This document shows, piece by piece, positions 9,289-22,700 of a stretch of 64,000 nt of DNA. The notes under the pieces were generated by a model, which made no database searches, was not told the origin of the DNA, and worked only from the letters and a program-made list of their open reading frames with translations. The DNA is from an uncultured Eubacteriales bacterium (GTDB lineage: Bacteria > Bacillota > Clostridia > Peptostreptococcales > Anaerovoracaceae). The stretch is from positions 34,400-98,399 of the forward strand of contig CACYQX010000002.1 of NCBI GenBank assembly GCA_902776725.1. Direction: 5' to 3'. How positions within the stretch are numbered: position 1 is the first letter of the stretch; every line of letters starts with the position of its first letter. A program made the translations under genes and the position numbers.

Positions 9289-9313
9289 ATACCCCGGAGC
9301 TGCCACTTTAAAC
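9289..9313 (-). promoter_or_regulatory. SigB-type promoter upstream of rubredoxin
   Basis: The minus strand reads GTTTAA-N13-GGGTAT, the canonical SigB consensus, 46 nt upstream of the rubredoxin start. Confidence 0.78.
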
Positions 9314-9339
9314 GAAAGGTCGTTCCATTCGTTATTGGT

Positions 9340-10095
9340 TTATTCCGTTTCGCTTTCGTAGCCGTTATTGGGTAGGGCGCTTCGTATTATTTCTTCTACG
9401 CGAGTATGAAGTTCTGCCTGCTCGGCGCGGCTCATACCTGCAGTTTCTATCGGCGGATGAATCGTAATCTTGGCGCTCTGGCCCTTGGTAATTCGTTCGT
9501 GTTCCTCAAACATCCTATAAGTGCCGTCAATTGTTATAGGAACAACCGGAACTTTGGCCTTTGTCGCGAGCTTAAAGCTTCCGGCCTTTAGCTCATCCAT
9601 TACCGGCCCCCAACTTCTCTTTCCTTCGGGATAGATCGCCATGGAGAATCCCTTATTGATTATCTCAACGCCTTCGTTAATTACTCTGAGCGATTCCCTG
9701 GTGTCACCTCGCTGCGTCGGAATAAACAGTCCGCGCACGCGCTCAATCCACGGAGCAAGAAGGGGAACGGGCTTAAACTCTTCCTTTGCTATGAAGCCGG
9801 TAGCGTGGCCCTCGAGAGCTTTTAGCATCGCCGGAACGTCTGCATATCCCTGGTGGTTCGCAACGAATACGCAGGGGCCCTCGGGAATATTCTCGCGACC
9901 TTTGATATCGAGATCCATATCGAAGATTTCGATTACGTCGTTAATCCACGCGGAGCTCAGCTCTGCAATGATGCGACGTTCCTCATCCGTGTCGCCGGAT
10001 TCCCTGGCGCGCTCGAGCGGCTTTATGTATTTGTTCAGGCGCAAAACCGACATAGCAAGTTTGGCGCCACTCATCAGATTACCTTTTAATTTCAT
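9340..10095 (-). CDS. plsC: 1-acyl-sn-glycerol-3-phosphate acyltransferase
   Basis: NHQGYAD (NHX4D), FIAKEE, YPEGKRS and VVPITI motifs. Confidence 0.9.
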   Translation of the reverse strand: MKLKGNLMSGAKLAMSVLRLNKYIKPLERARESGDTDEERRIIAELSSAWINDVIEIFDMDLDIKGRENIPEGPCVFVANHQGYADVPAMLKALEGHATGFIAKEEFKPVPLLAPWIERVRGLFIPTQRGDTRESLRVINEGVEIINKGFSMAIYPEGKRSWGPVMDELKAGSFKLATKAKVPVVPITIDGTYRMFEEHERITKGQSAKITIHPPIETAGMSRAEQAELHTRVEEIIRSALPNNGYESETE

Positions 10096-10736
10096 TCTTG
10101 ATCATCCAGAAGTTTTTTAAACCCTTCGCGATAGATGTCCCTGAGTGCCTCTTCTTGCTTTGCGTTGAGTTCCATATACGGATCGCTCCCCATTTCCGGA
10201 AGCGCGCCCTGATGGTCGTATACGACCTCACCTTCCTTAACAAAGAAAACGTGAGGCACATAGAGGTGCTTGAACCCCTCCGTGTCGTACTCGAGTTGCT
10301 CATCAAAGTCCGCCACAAACAAATCGTAGTCATCTATATCCATATTGCTTTCCCACTCAGGATTCTTCCTTGTGTTAAGGCTTGCAACTTTGATGCCCGC
10401 TTCGTTTGCGACATCGATAAACCTCGTCAGCACCGCGTTGCACCACGGGCATGTGGAGAAAGATACGAAAAGCACAAAGCTTTCTTTGTCTTCCATCAGT
10501 TTATGAATGTCTTTGACTGTAACGTCAACAAAGGGCAGGGGATCTTTCGCATCATAATCCTGAAGCGCTGCGTATCCTGTCATCTCCGCTTGCGGAAATC
10601 CATCAAGGTCTGACATGAACTCAAAGTCCTCTGCTTTTAAGGAGTTCTTTCCTCCAATACCACTGCTGGCACACCCCATGATGGGAAGTGCCAGCAGAGC
10701 AATGATTATTAATGTTATAGCTAATTTTCTTTTCAC
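10092..10736 (-). CDS. thioredoxin-fold lipoprotein (CPWC), Bta/SdbA-like thiol-disulfide oxidoreductase
   Basis: Signal peptide with lipobox IMGC; FVSFSTCPWC active site; YVPHVFFVKEGEVV cis-Pro strand. Confidence 0.75.
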   Translation of the reverse strand: MKRKLAITLIIIALLALPIMGCASSGIGGKNSLKAEDFEFMSDLDGFPQAEMTGYAALQDYDAKDPLPFVDVTVKDIHKLMEDKESFVLFVSFSTCPWCNAVLTRFIDVANEAGIKVASLNTRKNPEWESNMDIDDYDLFVADFDEQLEYDTEGFKHLYVPHVFFVKEGEVVYDHQGALPEMGSDPYMELNAKQEEALRDIYREGFKKLLDDQE

Positions 10737-10748
10737 GCGCTTTTCCTA

Positions 10749-13700
10749 TTATCTTGACTGGTTGCGTCTTCTGATAATCAGCACAATCATTATTGTTGCA
10801 AGAGCTGCGATGGCGAGATAGATCCAGAGCATCATATTGTTCTCGTCTCCCGTCGGCGGAGCTATTGCAGGTGGATCCGCAGGTGTGCTCGGTGGAGCGT
10901 TCTTGCAATCCGTAGCATACTTGGCAACAAATACTGTATTGCCGTTTGCGTCTACAATCTCTGCCCACTCAACGAACTGCATGTTGCCGTAGGTTGACGG
11001 TGTCGGCGGAATTACGCTGCTCGGATCATCCGTAACCTCACTCTTGATGAGCTTACCGCTTACAGGATCGATATAGCTTGTTGTTTTCTTGGCCGGTGCA
11101 GGCTCAGGAAGTTTCTCGTTGTACTTGGCAACGAGGATCCAATCGCCAAACTGATCCTGGTTTAGTACCCAACCAACAAAGTCATAGTTCTCGTGACTTG
11201 GGTTCTCAGGCTTATCGGTCTTATTCTGTGCGGCATCATCTGCTTCTGCAGAAGTGTTGTACTTTGTCGCCTTCAGAATCATGCTTCCGTCAGCAGCCTT
11301 CGGATCAACGTATGTAACCTTGCACGGTGTAACAACATCTACAAGTTCTGCATACTTGGCTGTGTAAACAACATTACCGCTTGCGTCCTCAACTCTGGTC
11401 CATCCCAAGAATGTATATCCCGGATGTACAGGATCTGCAGGTGCATCAGGCTCGTTTTGATCGCGAGCTATTTCGTCCGGACCCTGGAGGATCTCGTCGT
11501 TAAACGCCGCAGGCTCCTTATAGGTTATGGTTATCATATGCTTCTTGTTGGTGACGGTAATCTCGAGATCTATTCCCGGCTCCGGATCAACTACGCCATC
11601 CGACATTATTGTAGTGTATCCGTCAATCGGTTCCTCTTCTACCGTATAGGTTACAGGCAGATGGTTAACCGTCTCAGGTAGGCCTGTCCAGATTACGATA
11701 AGATCATCACCCTCGGCACCTGCAGGAATGGTTTGTTCATAGCCCATATCCTTGATGGTTCCGTCGTTGTGAACCTGTATCAGCCTGAACTTAACCTCGT
11801 GTGGCTGGCTCGGAAGCTCTGTGCCATCTGAATCCTGCCACTTCTTGATTGCCCTAATCGTCATGGTTTCGCCCGGTGTATGAGTGTTGGTTACGGTCAG
11901 CTTCTTGCTGCTTCCGATGGTTCCGTCCGTCTTGTCTCCGGCGGCATCCTCCGAGAAGTAGCTTGCGTGATAACCCGTTGGAACTGTTAATTCCTCAACA
12001 ATATACTTAACCGGCGTGTTGACTGCGCCATCCTGGTTTACAGGTACGTCGTGAATTACAACCTTCCAACCGTTGTCTTCTCCAACAAGGATGTTGGCGA
12101 TGGTCTTTTCTCCTGCGTGGATATATGTTTGACCATCCTCGGTTGTAAGCTTGAATGTTACGTGATCCGGTCTTACGCCATCAGCGTTGTCGTTATCGTT
12201 CCAGACCTTCTGGATTTCCAGATTCTTGGTATCACGCTTACGTGTATTGATGGCCTTGTACTGACCTCCGCCGAGAGCCTCTATTACAGGTTCTTCGTAG
12301 CCGTTGGTCTCGAGGTCGGTTCCCGTATACTCCTCTGTTACATAGTAGATTACAGGCTTGGTCTCATATACGTCGACAGCTTCCGGCGTGGATGTCTCGG
12401 AATCGTATGGCTCATAGTCAGCCTTGGTCCATTCTGTCAAAGCATTGTATTCTGCCTCGTTCTTCTCCGTGCCATCGTTCTTGTTTACATATGTCGTAGG
12501 ATCAACCGGCTTAACCTCGGTTACCGGAGTATACTCGGCTTGCTCAGCCGGTGTAAGATCCTCATAGTCGGTCTGGTCGAGTTCAATGGTTCCGTCCCCA
12601 TTAATCCACCTCGGTGGATCAACAGGTACTACCTGTGTCTTGAGCTCGTAGTCTGACTTTGTCGGACCGGATGCAGGAAGTACATCGTATTCATCCGCAG
12701 AGATATTCGTATCATCGTGGATGTTCCTGTATCTTGTTACAACTTCCAGACGATCTACGTTCTCGGTTCCCGTCTTAACTTCTTCCGTTGTCGGCAGGTT
12801 GGTCCACTGGTAACCCCAGTTGTTGAGCTGACCTGTTGCGTCGGTAGCCGGTGAAGCAGGAGTCTTAACAGCTTCTACTGCAACGCCAACCTTTTCGGCG
12901 GCACTATCTCCAACCTTCTTCCAGAGCTGGTAGGAAACAGTTGTCGGACGCTTGCCGTCAACATCGTCGTTATCCTGCCAATCCTTTTCGACTGTGATCT
13001 TTGTTACAGGTCCGTCATAGGTATTGGTTACCTTGAAGTTGTTTGGCGAAACCTCTTCAACCTTGCTGGAGTATCCCGGAACAGCTTCTTCAACGATTAC
13101 CCATATGAGGTCTTCGTTGCTGTAGTGGCGTGACGGAAGATCTGTCCACCTTACTTCAATCGGATTGCCGTTTGAATCCAGCGGCTGATGGTTGGCATCC
13201 ATTTCAATCTTCTTGGTTCCTGCGTCATAGAGGATACGTCCGTAGGAGTTGGTTCCATAGAGGTGGAGCACAACATCCGTATGCATCTCGGCGCTTCCTG
13301 CTACTCCGTCATCCCATACCTTTGTAGCAACTACATCTTCTGTCGCAACGGCATGTCTATTGGTTATAGTAACCTCGTTGCTGGTTGTAACCGTTCCGTC
13401 CGTCTTGCTGTCCGTAGCATCCTCGGAGAGATAGCTTACGGTATATCCTGTCGGTGGTAACCATGTCGGCGCTGTACCTTCAGTTACCTTGTATACATAA
13501 GGATCGCCGTTGGTATCCTTTCTCGGAAGTTCCTTGAAGATATATGTCCAGTTGTTATCCTCGTTTAGAACTGCCGGATTGGTGAATCCTGTAGCGCTAT
13601 ATGCAGTGCCATTCTGGAGCAGGGTGATTTCTATGGCGTCAGGACGGAGTCCGTCGTGATCGTCCTTGTCATCCCAAACCTTGCGAACAGCTATGTCTAT

Positions 13701-16700
13701 GTACTTACCTGTGTTGATTACAACCCAGTCGCCGGATCCGGTCTGGATGATGTCCGCATCATAGAGATCTCCGTTTACTTCCTGTACGGTGTAAACAACT
13801 TCATCTCCGGTAGCGGTGAATCTATCCAAGAGAGCAGGACCTGCATTGTTCGTACCCTTCTTGGTGAAGGTGTGGGTGTATTTACCGTCAACCAAATCAT
13901 CAACAGCAAATGTATAATCCGCAACTTCTGTACCATCAGCAAGGAGCTTAATCGTTACATCAGCTTCCGGTTTTCCTGTCCACTTCTTGGTTACTTCAAC
14001 CTCGGTGTACTTGTATGTATTGGTTACGGTCAAGTCTTCGTATGACGGAATGTACATGTCAGCGATGCTGGGGTCGAGAACCTCGTTCTTAACAAAGTAT
14101 CTGTACTCGAAGCCTTCGTCATCGTACTTATCGTACTTACCTGTCACGAATGCACTTGTACCGCTATCGATTGCGCCGAAGTCGAACTCTGCATCACCTT
14201 CTGTGGCTGTCCAGTTGTCGATGACTGTTGCCGCAGCAACCTTGGCCTCGGCCTCTGCTCCGCCATTGGTGGTGCTCTCACGCCAGAGCTCAACGCTGGT
14301 GATGAGCGAGTTATCATGGTCGGCAGCATCTCCGCCTACCCATACCTTCTCGGCTGTGATTTCCTTCTCGGCCTCCAGCTTATTCTCAACCTTACCGCCG
14401 TTATAGATGGCATCGGTCTTGCTTTGATCCGCAGTGTCCGTAGCGGCGCTGTTATCGTAGCTGACTACATAGTCAGGATTGATAGCCTGAACTACGGTTC
14501 CGTCTTCTACTACGCGGTACTTATATGCATTGCCCAAAGCATCCTTCTCTAGGAGACCCGTTACGGTGAAGCTCTGGGTGTACTTGCCGCCGCTTGCAGC
14601 TCCGTCTCCATTCCAATGGATGTGGAGGTTGGCATCGGTTACAGTCTTCCACTCCTTATCGGTAGTGATCACTGTATTGAAGTCAGCAGGATCTACGCCG
14701 TCCGTAGTAGCCTGAGCCTCTGCAGCCGCTCTTGTGCTGTAGGAAGTACCATCGTAAACATATACAGTCTCTTCGCGCTCTACCGTCAGAGCATCCTTGA
14801 GTTCTGTAACGTTATCGTGGGTCTTGCCGCCGTCTATCCAAACCTTTGTGCCCGTAAATGTTATACGGTCGTACTCGTTGGTTATTGTATAGAGGTTACC
14901 CTTCTGAACCAGCTTAGGTTCCTTATAGTTAGGCAGCTGATCTTCACTTACGCTATAGATGATTGCATCGCCTGCGGCATCCATCTTTGGAAGCTCTTCT
15001 GTGTCGATCTGCCATGTATGCTCTGTATCCTGAGCGGCAGCATCGCCTGTGGTCAAAGTATAAACCTTGGTGTACTTCTTGCTGTTGACCTTGGTGAAGT
15101 CTGCTAGCAAGAGCTTGTTCTCCGCATCGGCCCATACGCCATCGTCGGTGGCGATTTCTGCTGTTACCGTAAAGTCTACGCTTGTCGGACGAGCTTCAAG
15201 TACCGTTCCGTCTGCATCATCATCTACCCATACCTTGCGCAGGGTGAGTATGGTGTTGGCGCCGTATCTGTTAACAAAGGTATCAGATCCGGTTGAACCG
15301 TCGCCCCAAACCACTCCGGATGCAGGTATCTCAAGCGTACCGTCAGCCTTTCTGGTTACGGTTATCTTGAGAGTGAGTTCTGAATGATCGTAGTACAGAT
15401 CGTCATAGGTCTTTCCGCCGTTAACCTCGCTTAGCTTATAGGTGAAGGTCTTAGTGTCGCCTGCGTTAAGCTTGTCGGTCATATCTTCACCGGTGAAGGT
15501 GAATGTTCCCAGCGGAATATTCTTTGTATTGCTCAAGATGTCTGTCAGACCGGTCTTGATGGTTACCCAACCCGGTGTCGGCATCGGAGCATCGGTAGAA
15601 GTGCTCTCCAGCTTGAAGGTGAACTCTTCACCGTTTCTGAACTTACGTCCCGCAATTTGTTTGATTGCATTTGGTGAAACGCTTACTCTTACCGGTGTAT
15701 GGCTGTTGGTTACCGTATAACCCGCAGTCTGGCTTCCGCCTATTGTCGGCATCTGATCGGTATTTCCGATATTGTATCCACGAATCGGATCGATGGTTAC
15801 ATTAACGGTTGTATCGTTTACGGTATCGTTTGTTACATCTCCATCTTCCTTGATGGTGTATGTTATTTCCTTGCCGCCTGCAGCAAACTTGGGTAGTCCT
15901 TCGAAGATGACTCTGTTCAGTGTGCCCTGAGTTTCGTCGGTCTTCTTGCTGGCTATGGTTATGTAACCGTTTGCGTATGAAGCAAGTACCGGATCAGCAC
16001 CGTTTGTAACGGTCTTAACCGTTGCTCCCGTGGGCAGTGCCTTAACCAGCTCTTCGGCGTGGCCTTCCCACGACTGATACAGTCTGTAATTGATTGTGTC
16101 AGGTCTCAGATTGTCTACGTCTGATGCGTCGTTCCAAATCTTATCAACCGTGAATCCAATCTTATCCTCTGCATCAGTATTGGTGATGCTGAAGGTCAAG
16201 GTATCCTTATTTGTATTCCATTCATTCAGCAGGATCTGACGGATCGTTGCCTCATTATCAAGGTTGCCCCAGAGGTCTGTTCCTGTACCCAGGTTGGTCT
16301 CGGTAGCTGTGTAGTTATATACAGAGCCATTGGCATCCGCGTAAGGCAGGTTGGTCCACGCATCTGTCCATGTCCATGTATCGTTGCCGGCGTTGGCACC
16401 TACCGTTGCCGTTGCCTTTGTCAAAGTCTTCTCACTGCCGTATGGAACACCATTCTGATACAGTGTAACCTTGATCTGTTCCGGTCTCTGGTTGTCGTGG
16501 TTACCGTTGTCGTTCCACTCCTTAACTACGCTTACCTTGACAAGCTGCGTATTGGTAATGGTTCCGCCCTTAAGAGCCTTGCTTGTTTCGCTTGCCTCGT
16601 TGGCCCTGGTGTTTGGATTATCCGGGTTGCTGTATACACCCCTGGAGTATCCCGTAATCGGATTCGGATTCTCTACAACGCTATAGACGATCTCAGGCTT

Positions 16701-19700
16701 GGTGAGGTCTCCGCCTGTGCGCTTTGGAAGTCCGGTCCACTTAAGTGTATATGTTCCGTCTCCATTGTCCGTAACGGTGAGCTTGCTGGCGTTGGCCGCA
16801 GTCACGTCTTCGCTTCCGGCATAGAGCTTGACCATGCTCTTATAGTCGTTGCCTGCAGGACTATTCGCTGGCGGACGAACCGCTGTAGGAGTTGCGGTTG
16901 TGCCGTCTACATCGATCCACTTCTTGGTTACTACGAACTCTGTGTAAGAGTTGGTTATCTCTGCGTACTTGTAATCGCCCTTATTCAGGCGGATTTTGAT
17001 TCCTCCAACATCGGCCTGTGGGTAGAGACGTTGATATCCTGTCGGAACAGTGTTCTCTGTTATTACATAGCAGATCTGTGTGCCGTCATCAGCGTGCGTC
17101 GGAAGATCTCCTATCTCAAAAGCTCCTGCCTCATTTATAAACCACTCGTCGCCGGAGTTATCCGTCTTGGTCATTGTGTAGTTGATGGAAGCAACCTTGG
17201 TATTGGTGCCCGTGCCATCATCAATAACCGCATAAGTATTATTCAGATCTCCGTCCTTGGTTGCGGTGATGGTGAATGTTACGCTGTCCGGTCTTGTGCT
17301 TGCGGCATCGCTGTCATCGTCCCAAATCTTAATCGGTGCGATGGCTCCCTTGTCGCGGTTGTATGTGTTTACAAGGGCGATGGACGGTTTGGTATTTCCG
17401 CCGCTGCCCGAATTATAGTTTCTAACCGCAGGTGTAGTATTGGCTGCTCCTGCCGGCATGGTGAATTCCGCATATGTCGGATTCTCCGAAACATGCGTTG
17501 CATCATCGTCACCGTTTACGGTTGTCGTCGTTGAAACATAGCTGTATCCGGTCGGACTATCGTATCCAACTTCTTCAGCTGTTACCTTGGTTCCGGCAAC
17601 TACTCTTTCCAGAGTCCACTTATAGTTGCCGTCAGCGTCGGCTGTCAAATCACCTATGGTCAGTTCTTCTGTCTTGGTCTCAAACTTCTTGCTGGTCGGG
17701 TTGTTCCAGACGTAGCTGACCTTAATCTTGAAGCCTGCAGGCAGAACAGCCTTTGGAATAATATTGTTTTCGCTGTCTACGAACTTCTTGGTGATTTCAA
17801 CATCGCCTACCTTTGCTGCGTTCTCAACCGTACCACCGCTATAGAGGGCGTCAGTCTTGGTCTTAAGCGCATCAACGGTAGCAGCGTTATTCAGATATGT
17901 TGTTTCATATCCTGTAATCTCTGCCTCAACTATCTTATAATAGTAGGTTTTTCCGCTTCCGTCCTTCTTGGCAAGTCCGGTAATGGTGAAGGTATCATCC
18001 TTCTGAGTCTTTGTAGTCCAGTCAACATGATAGTCACCATTGGCAACACCTGTTGAGAGGAGTCCCATATCAGTCCACGTTGTTGAATCATCCCAGTCGG
18101 CAGGAGCCACTGTGGTTCTGTACAGATGGAGCTGACTCATGAGTTCTGCGCTGTTGTTATGGGTGATGCTTGTATCACCGTCAACCCAGCTCTTTGTTCC
18201 CACAAAGGTTGTCTCCTCAGGTGTGTATTCGTTTGTTACGGTGTAGCCCTTAATCTGATCTCCTATGATCACCGGCTTGTTGCTGTACTTGCCCGGTGTT
18301 CCAGGATCAGCGTAAGCGCTGTCTGTTCCTGTCGGAATAACTTCCTTAACAACGTAGAGGATTGTCTTACCCTTCTCAGTCAGAGGCAGGTTAATCCATT
18401 CGCCGTTCCAGGTGTATGTATTGGTCGGCGCGGTTTCATTGGCCTGGGTGTCGACATCGTCATCGGTTGACGGCGTGCTGCCGTCTTCATCAGTTTCCGC
18501 AGTACCATCAAGTACAAGATCCTCGATCTTGATGATATCGCCAACCTTCATGGTGCTTTGATCGCCCTTGGCAGCCTTATCCGCATCGACATCTGCCTTA
18601 GTCGCAGGACGTCCCGTGCCGCTGGTGCCGCTTACGAGTTCCTCTGTAGTCTTGTATGCGCCCTTGCCACTATTGGCATCCGGATCCCATACATATTTGT
18701 ACAGCTGGAATGTAACATCTGTCGGACGTGCGCCGTCAATGTTGTTTTGGTCATCCCAAACCTTGGTCACCTTAACTGTGTTTGTGGCCGGTGTCAGGGA
18801 GTTCTTGATGTCTATTGTCTGTGGAGTTACCGTAATGGTATCGCCAACATTTTCTGCCAGACCGGCATCTACTTCTGCCTGGGTAGCCGCATGTGTGCTG
18901 TTTCCGTCAAGCTCAATCTTGAGGGACGCATCGCCGGCAGCCTTGTAGTCAGCTTCTGCAGTGCTGTCTACTGCGTACTTGGCAACATATCCGCCTATGC
19001 CTTCTTCTAGTACGAAGTACTTGATAACATTTCCGTTATCATCGTAAAGCGGCAGGTCTTCCCAAGTGATACCTGTGCTCCAAGAATCTGTCTCGGTACC
19101 CTGCTTGGTGATGGTCTTCTTATCAACTTCAACCTGAACGGTCTTGGTCGTTGCCGAGCCGCCCGGGGTTTCCGCAGGAACGATTACTTCTTTGTACAGA
19201 TGTACGATAACTTCTTCCGGACGTGTGCCCTCAACACCCTGAGCATCATCCCAAGTCTTGGTTACCTTGAGGTTATCCGTAACGTCGTATATGTTGGTTA
19301 CATTGAGCGGCTTAACCGGATCGTAACGCTCCTTATAATTGGTAGGAACTTTTATCTCTTGAATTCTGTAGATGTATTCGTTGCCGTCCTTGTCTGTTGT
19401 GTCCAGATACGGATCTACATATTCGGTATTCGTTACAACGCCGGTCTGAGGATCCTTAGTCTCCTTCTTAGCCTTGATGGTATAGGTGTACGGACCGCTG
19501 CTTCCCTTGCCCGTTGCAGTTGCTTCTTCGCCTTCCTGCTTCGTGTATTCGTATTTGTAGGTGGTAGTGGTCGTTCTCTCGCACCATCCAAGACCTTTTG
19601 GATTCTCCGTGCCCTCCGGCGTGATTGCGTCGCCAGTTGATTCGTCGTAGTAGGTCTTGTTAGGATCTACGCTCGTATCCTCTGTTACGTTATAGCTGTA

Positions 19701-22700
19701 GGTGTCAACCGGAGTTCTTGTCTGCTTCGCCCATACGATATAGAGCTTGTTTCCGGCTTCGTCTTCAGCAACGTCACTGAAGTTCTCACCATCAGTCGAG
19801 CGCTGGAGCTTGAGTCCCAGTTCGTCTATGGGCTCTGTTGACGGATCAATTTCCGTATTCTCATTCATGAGAGCGACGGTACCGTTATGGTGCGTTGCCT
19901 TCTCTCCGCCGACCCACTTCTTTTCGCCTTCAATCGGTGTCTCAGTCAAAGCATAGTTAGTGTAGACCGGAACATACTCTCCCGAATTACGATCGTCGAA
20001 GCTTACTTCAACATCCAGCTCGCCGGAGCCGTCGTCCTTAACTACAATCTTGACCAAATGCTCCACGGTGGTGTATTTGATCTTGTTGCCTCTTCCGTCG
20101 TCGGCTACATAGTAGTATAGGTTGTTTCCTTCTGAATCTTGTCCGCAGACCTCATCAGTCTTCTGAGCACCAGGCGGCAGTACTTCTGTTATCTTGTAGA
20201 TAAACTCACCGCCCACCAAGTTGGTATCCGGGTCGTGTCCCAAATCGCTACGCTTAATTACGAGTTCCTTAAAGTTAGCGGCAAATTCATTGACGCTTAC
20301 CTTGTCGTTCGGGTTGCTCGTCTTCTTGGCTGTGGCGATATTGCCATTGGTACCTGTGTATTCCGGCAGATGATTTACTTCTGTCGATTCATGCTCCGTG
20401 TATTTGGCCTTATCAGTATCGGAAAGACCTTCATACTCAACCGGACCTATAACTACGCCTGTATCGTTATTAACGTAAGTCTTTACAGTCCTGTCGTCAC
20501 CTTCATTGATATAATCGCTGTCGCCTGCAAGCTTGCTCTTAACAGGAGTGATCTTGAATTCGAATTCTTCATTATTCCACTCCTTGCCGATGTACTGCTT
20601 AACAACACCGACGTTAGCCTTACCGGGTATATCCTCCGGGAAGTTGGTTACATAGAGCTGCGTTACGCGATCGGTCGGTTTGAGATATTCATTCTCGGTG
20701 CCTTCCTTGAACTGTGCTCCGGTATGGAATGGCACATCTTTGAACTTCTCTGTATTTCCGACTACATCCGTTGCGCTGGTCTCGTTATAAGGTGTTTCAT
20801 TATACTTAACAGTAGCATGGGTGGGCTTCTCTTCAATTACCTGGTAGTAAACCCACTTGTCGTTCAGATCCTTATCGTCGGCTCCGTCGGTTGTAATTGA
20901 GCCATCCTCCTCTATGACGACAGATGAAATATTGGCATAAGCCGGCAGATTCTCCCATTCAACGGTTAGCTCTTTTCCGGTAGCGCCCTTCTTGATAACC
21001 TTGGTTCCTTCTATTTCATATGGGAACCAATCCGAACCATCCACATCGTAGAAGTTGGTGCCGTTGATGGACCACTGCAGCTTCAGTGTTACATCCTCTG
21101 TTGCAGAGCCGGCCCAAGCCTTGGTGGCCTTGAGATTGCGTTTAAGCTTATTGGCAAATGTAACAGCCGTAGCCCTTTCATCTGATTCGCCACCTGTAGC
21201 ATTTGGTATATAACGTGGTATGGTGCCGTAGCGATCCTCAAAGATCTCTACATAGTACTTGAGTTCACCGTCACCTGTGTCGTATACGGTAATACGTGCA
21301 TACTCGGTATCAGGATCGGGTTCAAGGTCCTTAACAACGTTTGCATTAACGTCATTGAACTCCTTGGTCTCTTCAATGGCGTACATGAATTGTCCATAGA
21401 CGGTTCCTAGTGGAAGGAGGTGCGTTTCTTTTTCCGCTCCTTCTGCCATATTGTAGCCAGTTACGTCATATACTCTGAAGTCCGGTTTGTTCTCTTCAGG
21501 TGCTGTCCTGTTCTCTTCAGTGATAACCTTGTTAAGATCAGAAATGTTGATCTTGATTGCAGGGAAATCAAAGCTGACAGGATCATGTGTTCCAGTCTTA
21601 TCGCCCGTCGTGCCCTTATCCGGCGTAACTCTTATGACGTGCTCGCCTTCTTTGTTATGGACTGCATTTCCTGCATCGAGCTGCGTGTTGCGCTCAGTGT
21701 GACTGTAGGTGTTCTGCTCTGGGAAGTCGGTTGGATCTGCATCCGTGAACGGAGCTCCTGCCATAGGAATCATCCTGAAGTCAAAGTTATCGCTAGCCAC
21801 CCAGTCACGGCCCATGATGTACTTATTAACGGGGACGGTAACCTCGGTCTCAGCCTCATACTTATTGGTATATACCGGTGTGAACTGAGTACCGCTTGAG
21901 ATGTCTGCCTGATCCGTCCAGTCGTAAGCTATCTGTACCTGCAGATCCTCGGTACGATTCTCGCGAACCTTGACGTGTACTTTGTGCTCGTCACAATCAT
22001 AGGTGATGCCGTTGCTGAACTTGACGGACTTGAGTGTCTCTCCATCTCCGAGGGTAGGCATAGCCTTGTTGGTGATTGCTTTGGTCTCGGTTGTTTCACC
22101 GGCAGTGCCTTTGTTCTTAACAACGGTGTACTCAACAGGATAGTTCTGGTTGGCACCTGTAGTTACAATCTCTGGCAGCTTCTCTCTCATGATGTAGTAG
22201 AAGTCACCCTGCATGTGCCTATCTGTCTTGTCGTATTCAAGGTCAGATGTTGTATAAGTGATTGCACCGAAACGTGCCAAACGTTCAAGGTTTCCGTTTG
22301 GATCTACGACTATAGCGCCGTCATTCTCTTTTGCATGAGTGGTGGATTCTTTCTGTGCAACGTAATCCTGTTTGCTCTCGCCATCCGTTAGGGCGGCCCA
22401 CTCAACTGCTGTTATGACATCATCTGGGTCTTCCTTGTTGATGTACTTAGTATTGTCGGTAGGATCTACTTTATAGTTACCCTGAGATACCTTTGGTAGG
22501 GCGCTATACTCTGCCTCCGTCTTGGGTGTGGTCTCGTCGTTCTTATTGATGTATCCCTTTATGACAGTGTCGGAGTAGAGGCTTGTATTTTTCTCCGGCA
22601 TCGGAACTTTAGCCTTACCAGCTTCGCTTTTATCAATATCGACGATTTCATCATTCTCGTTATATACAGCCACACCGTACGGGATAAGTTCAAACTCAAA

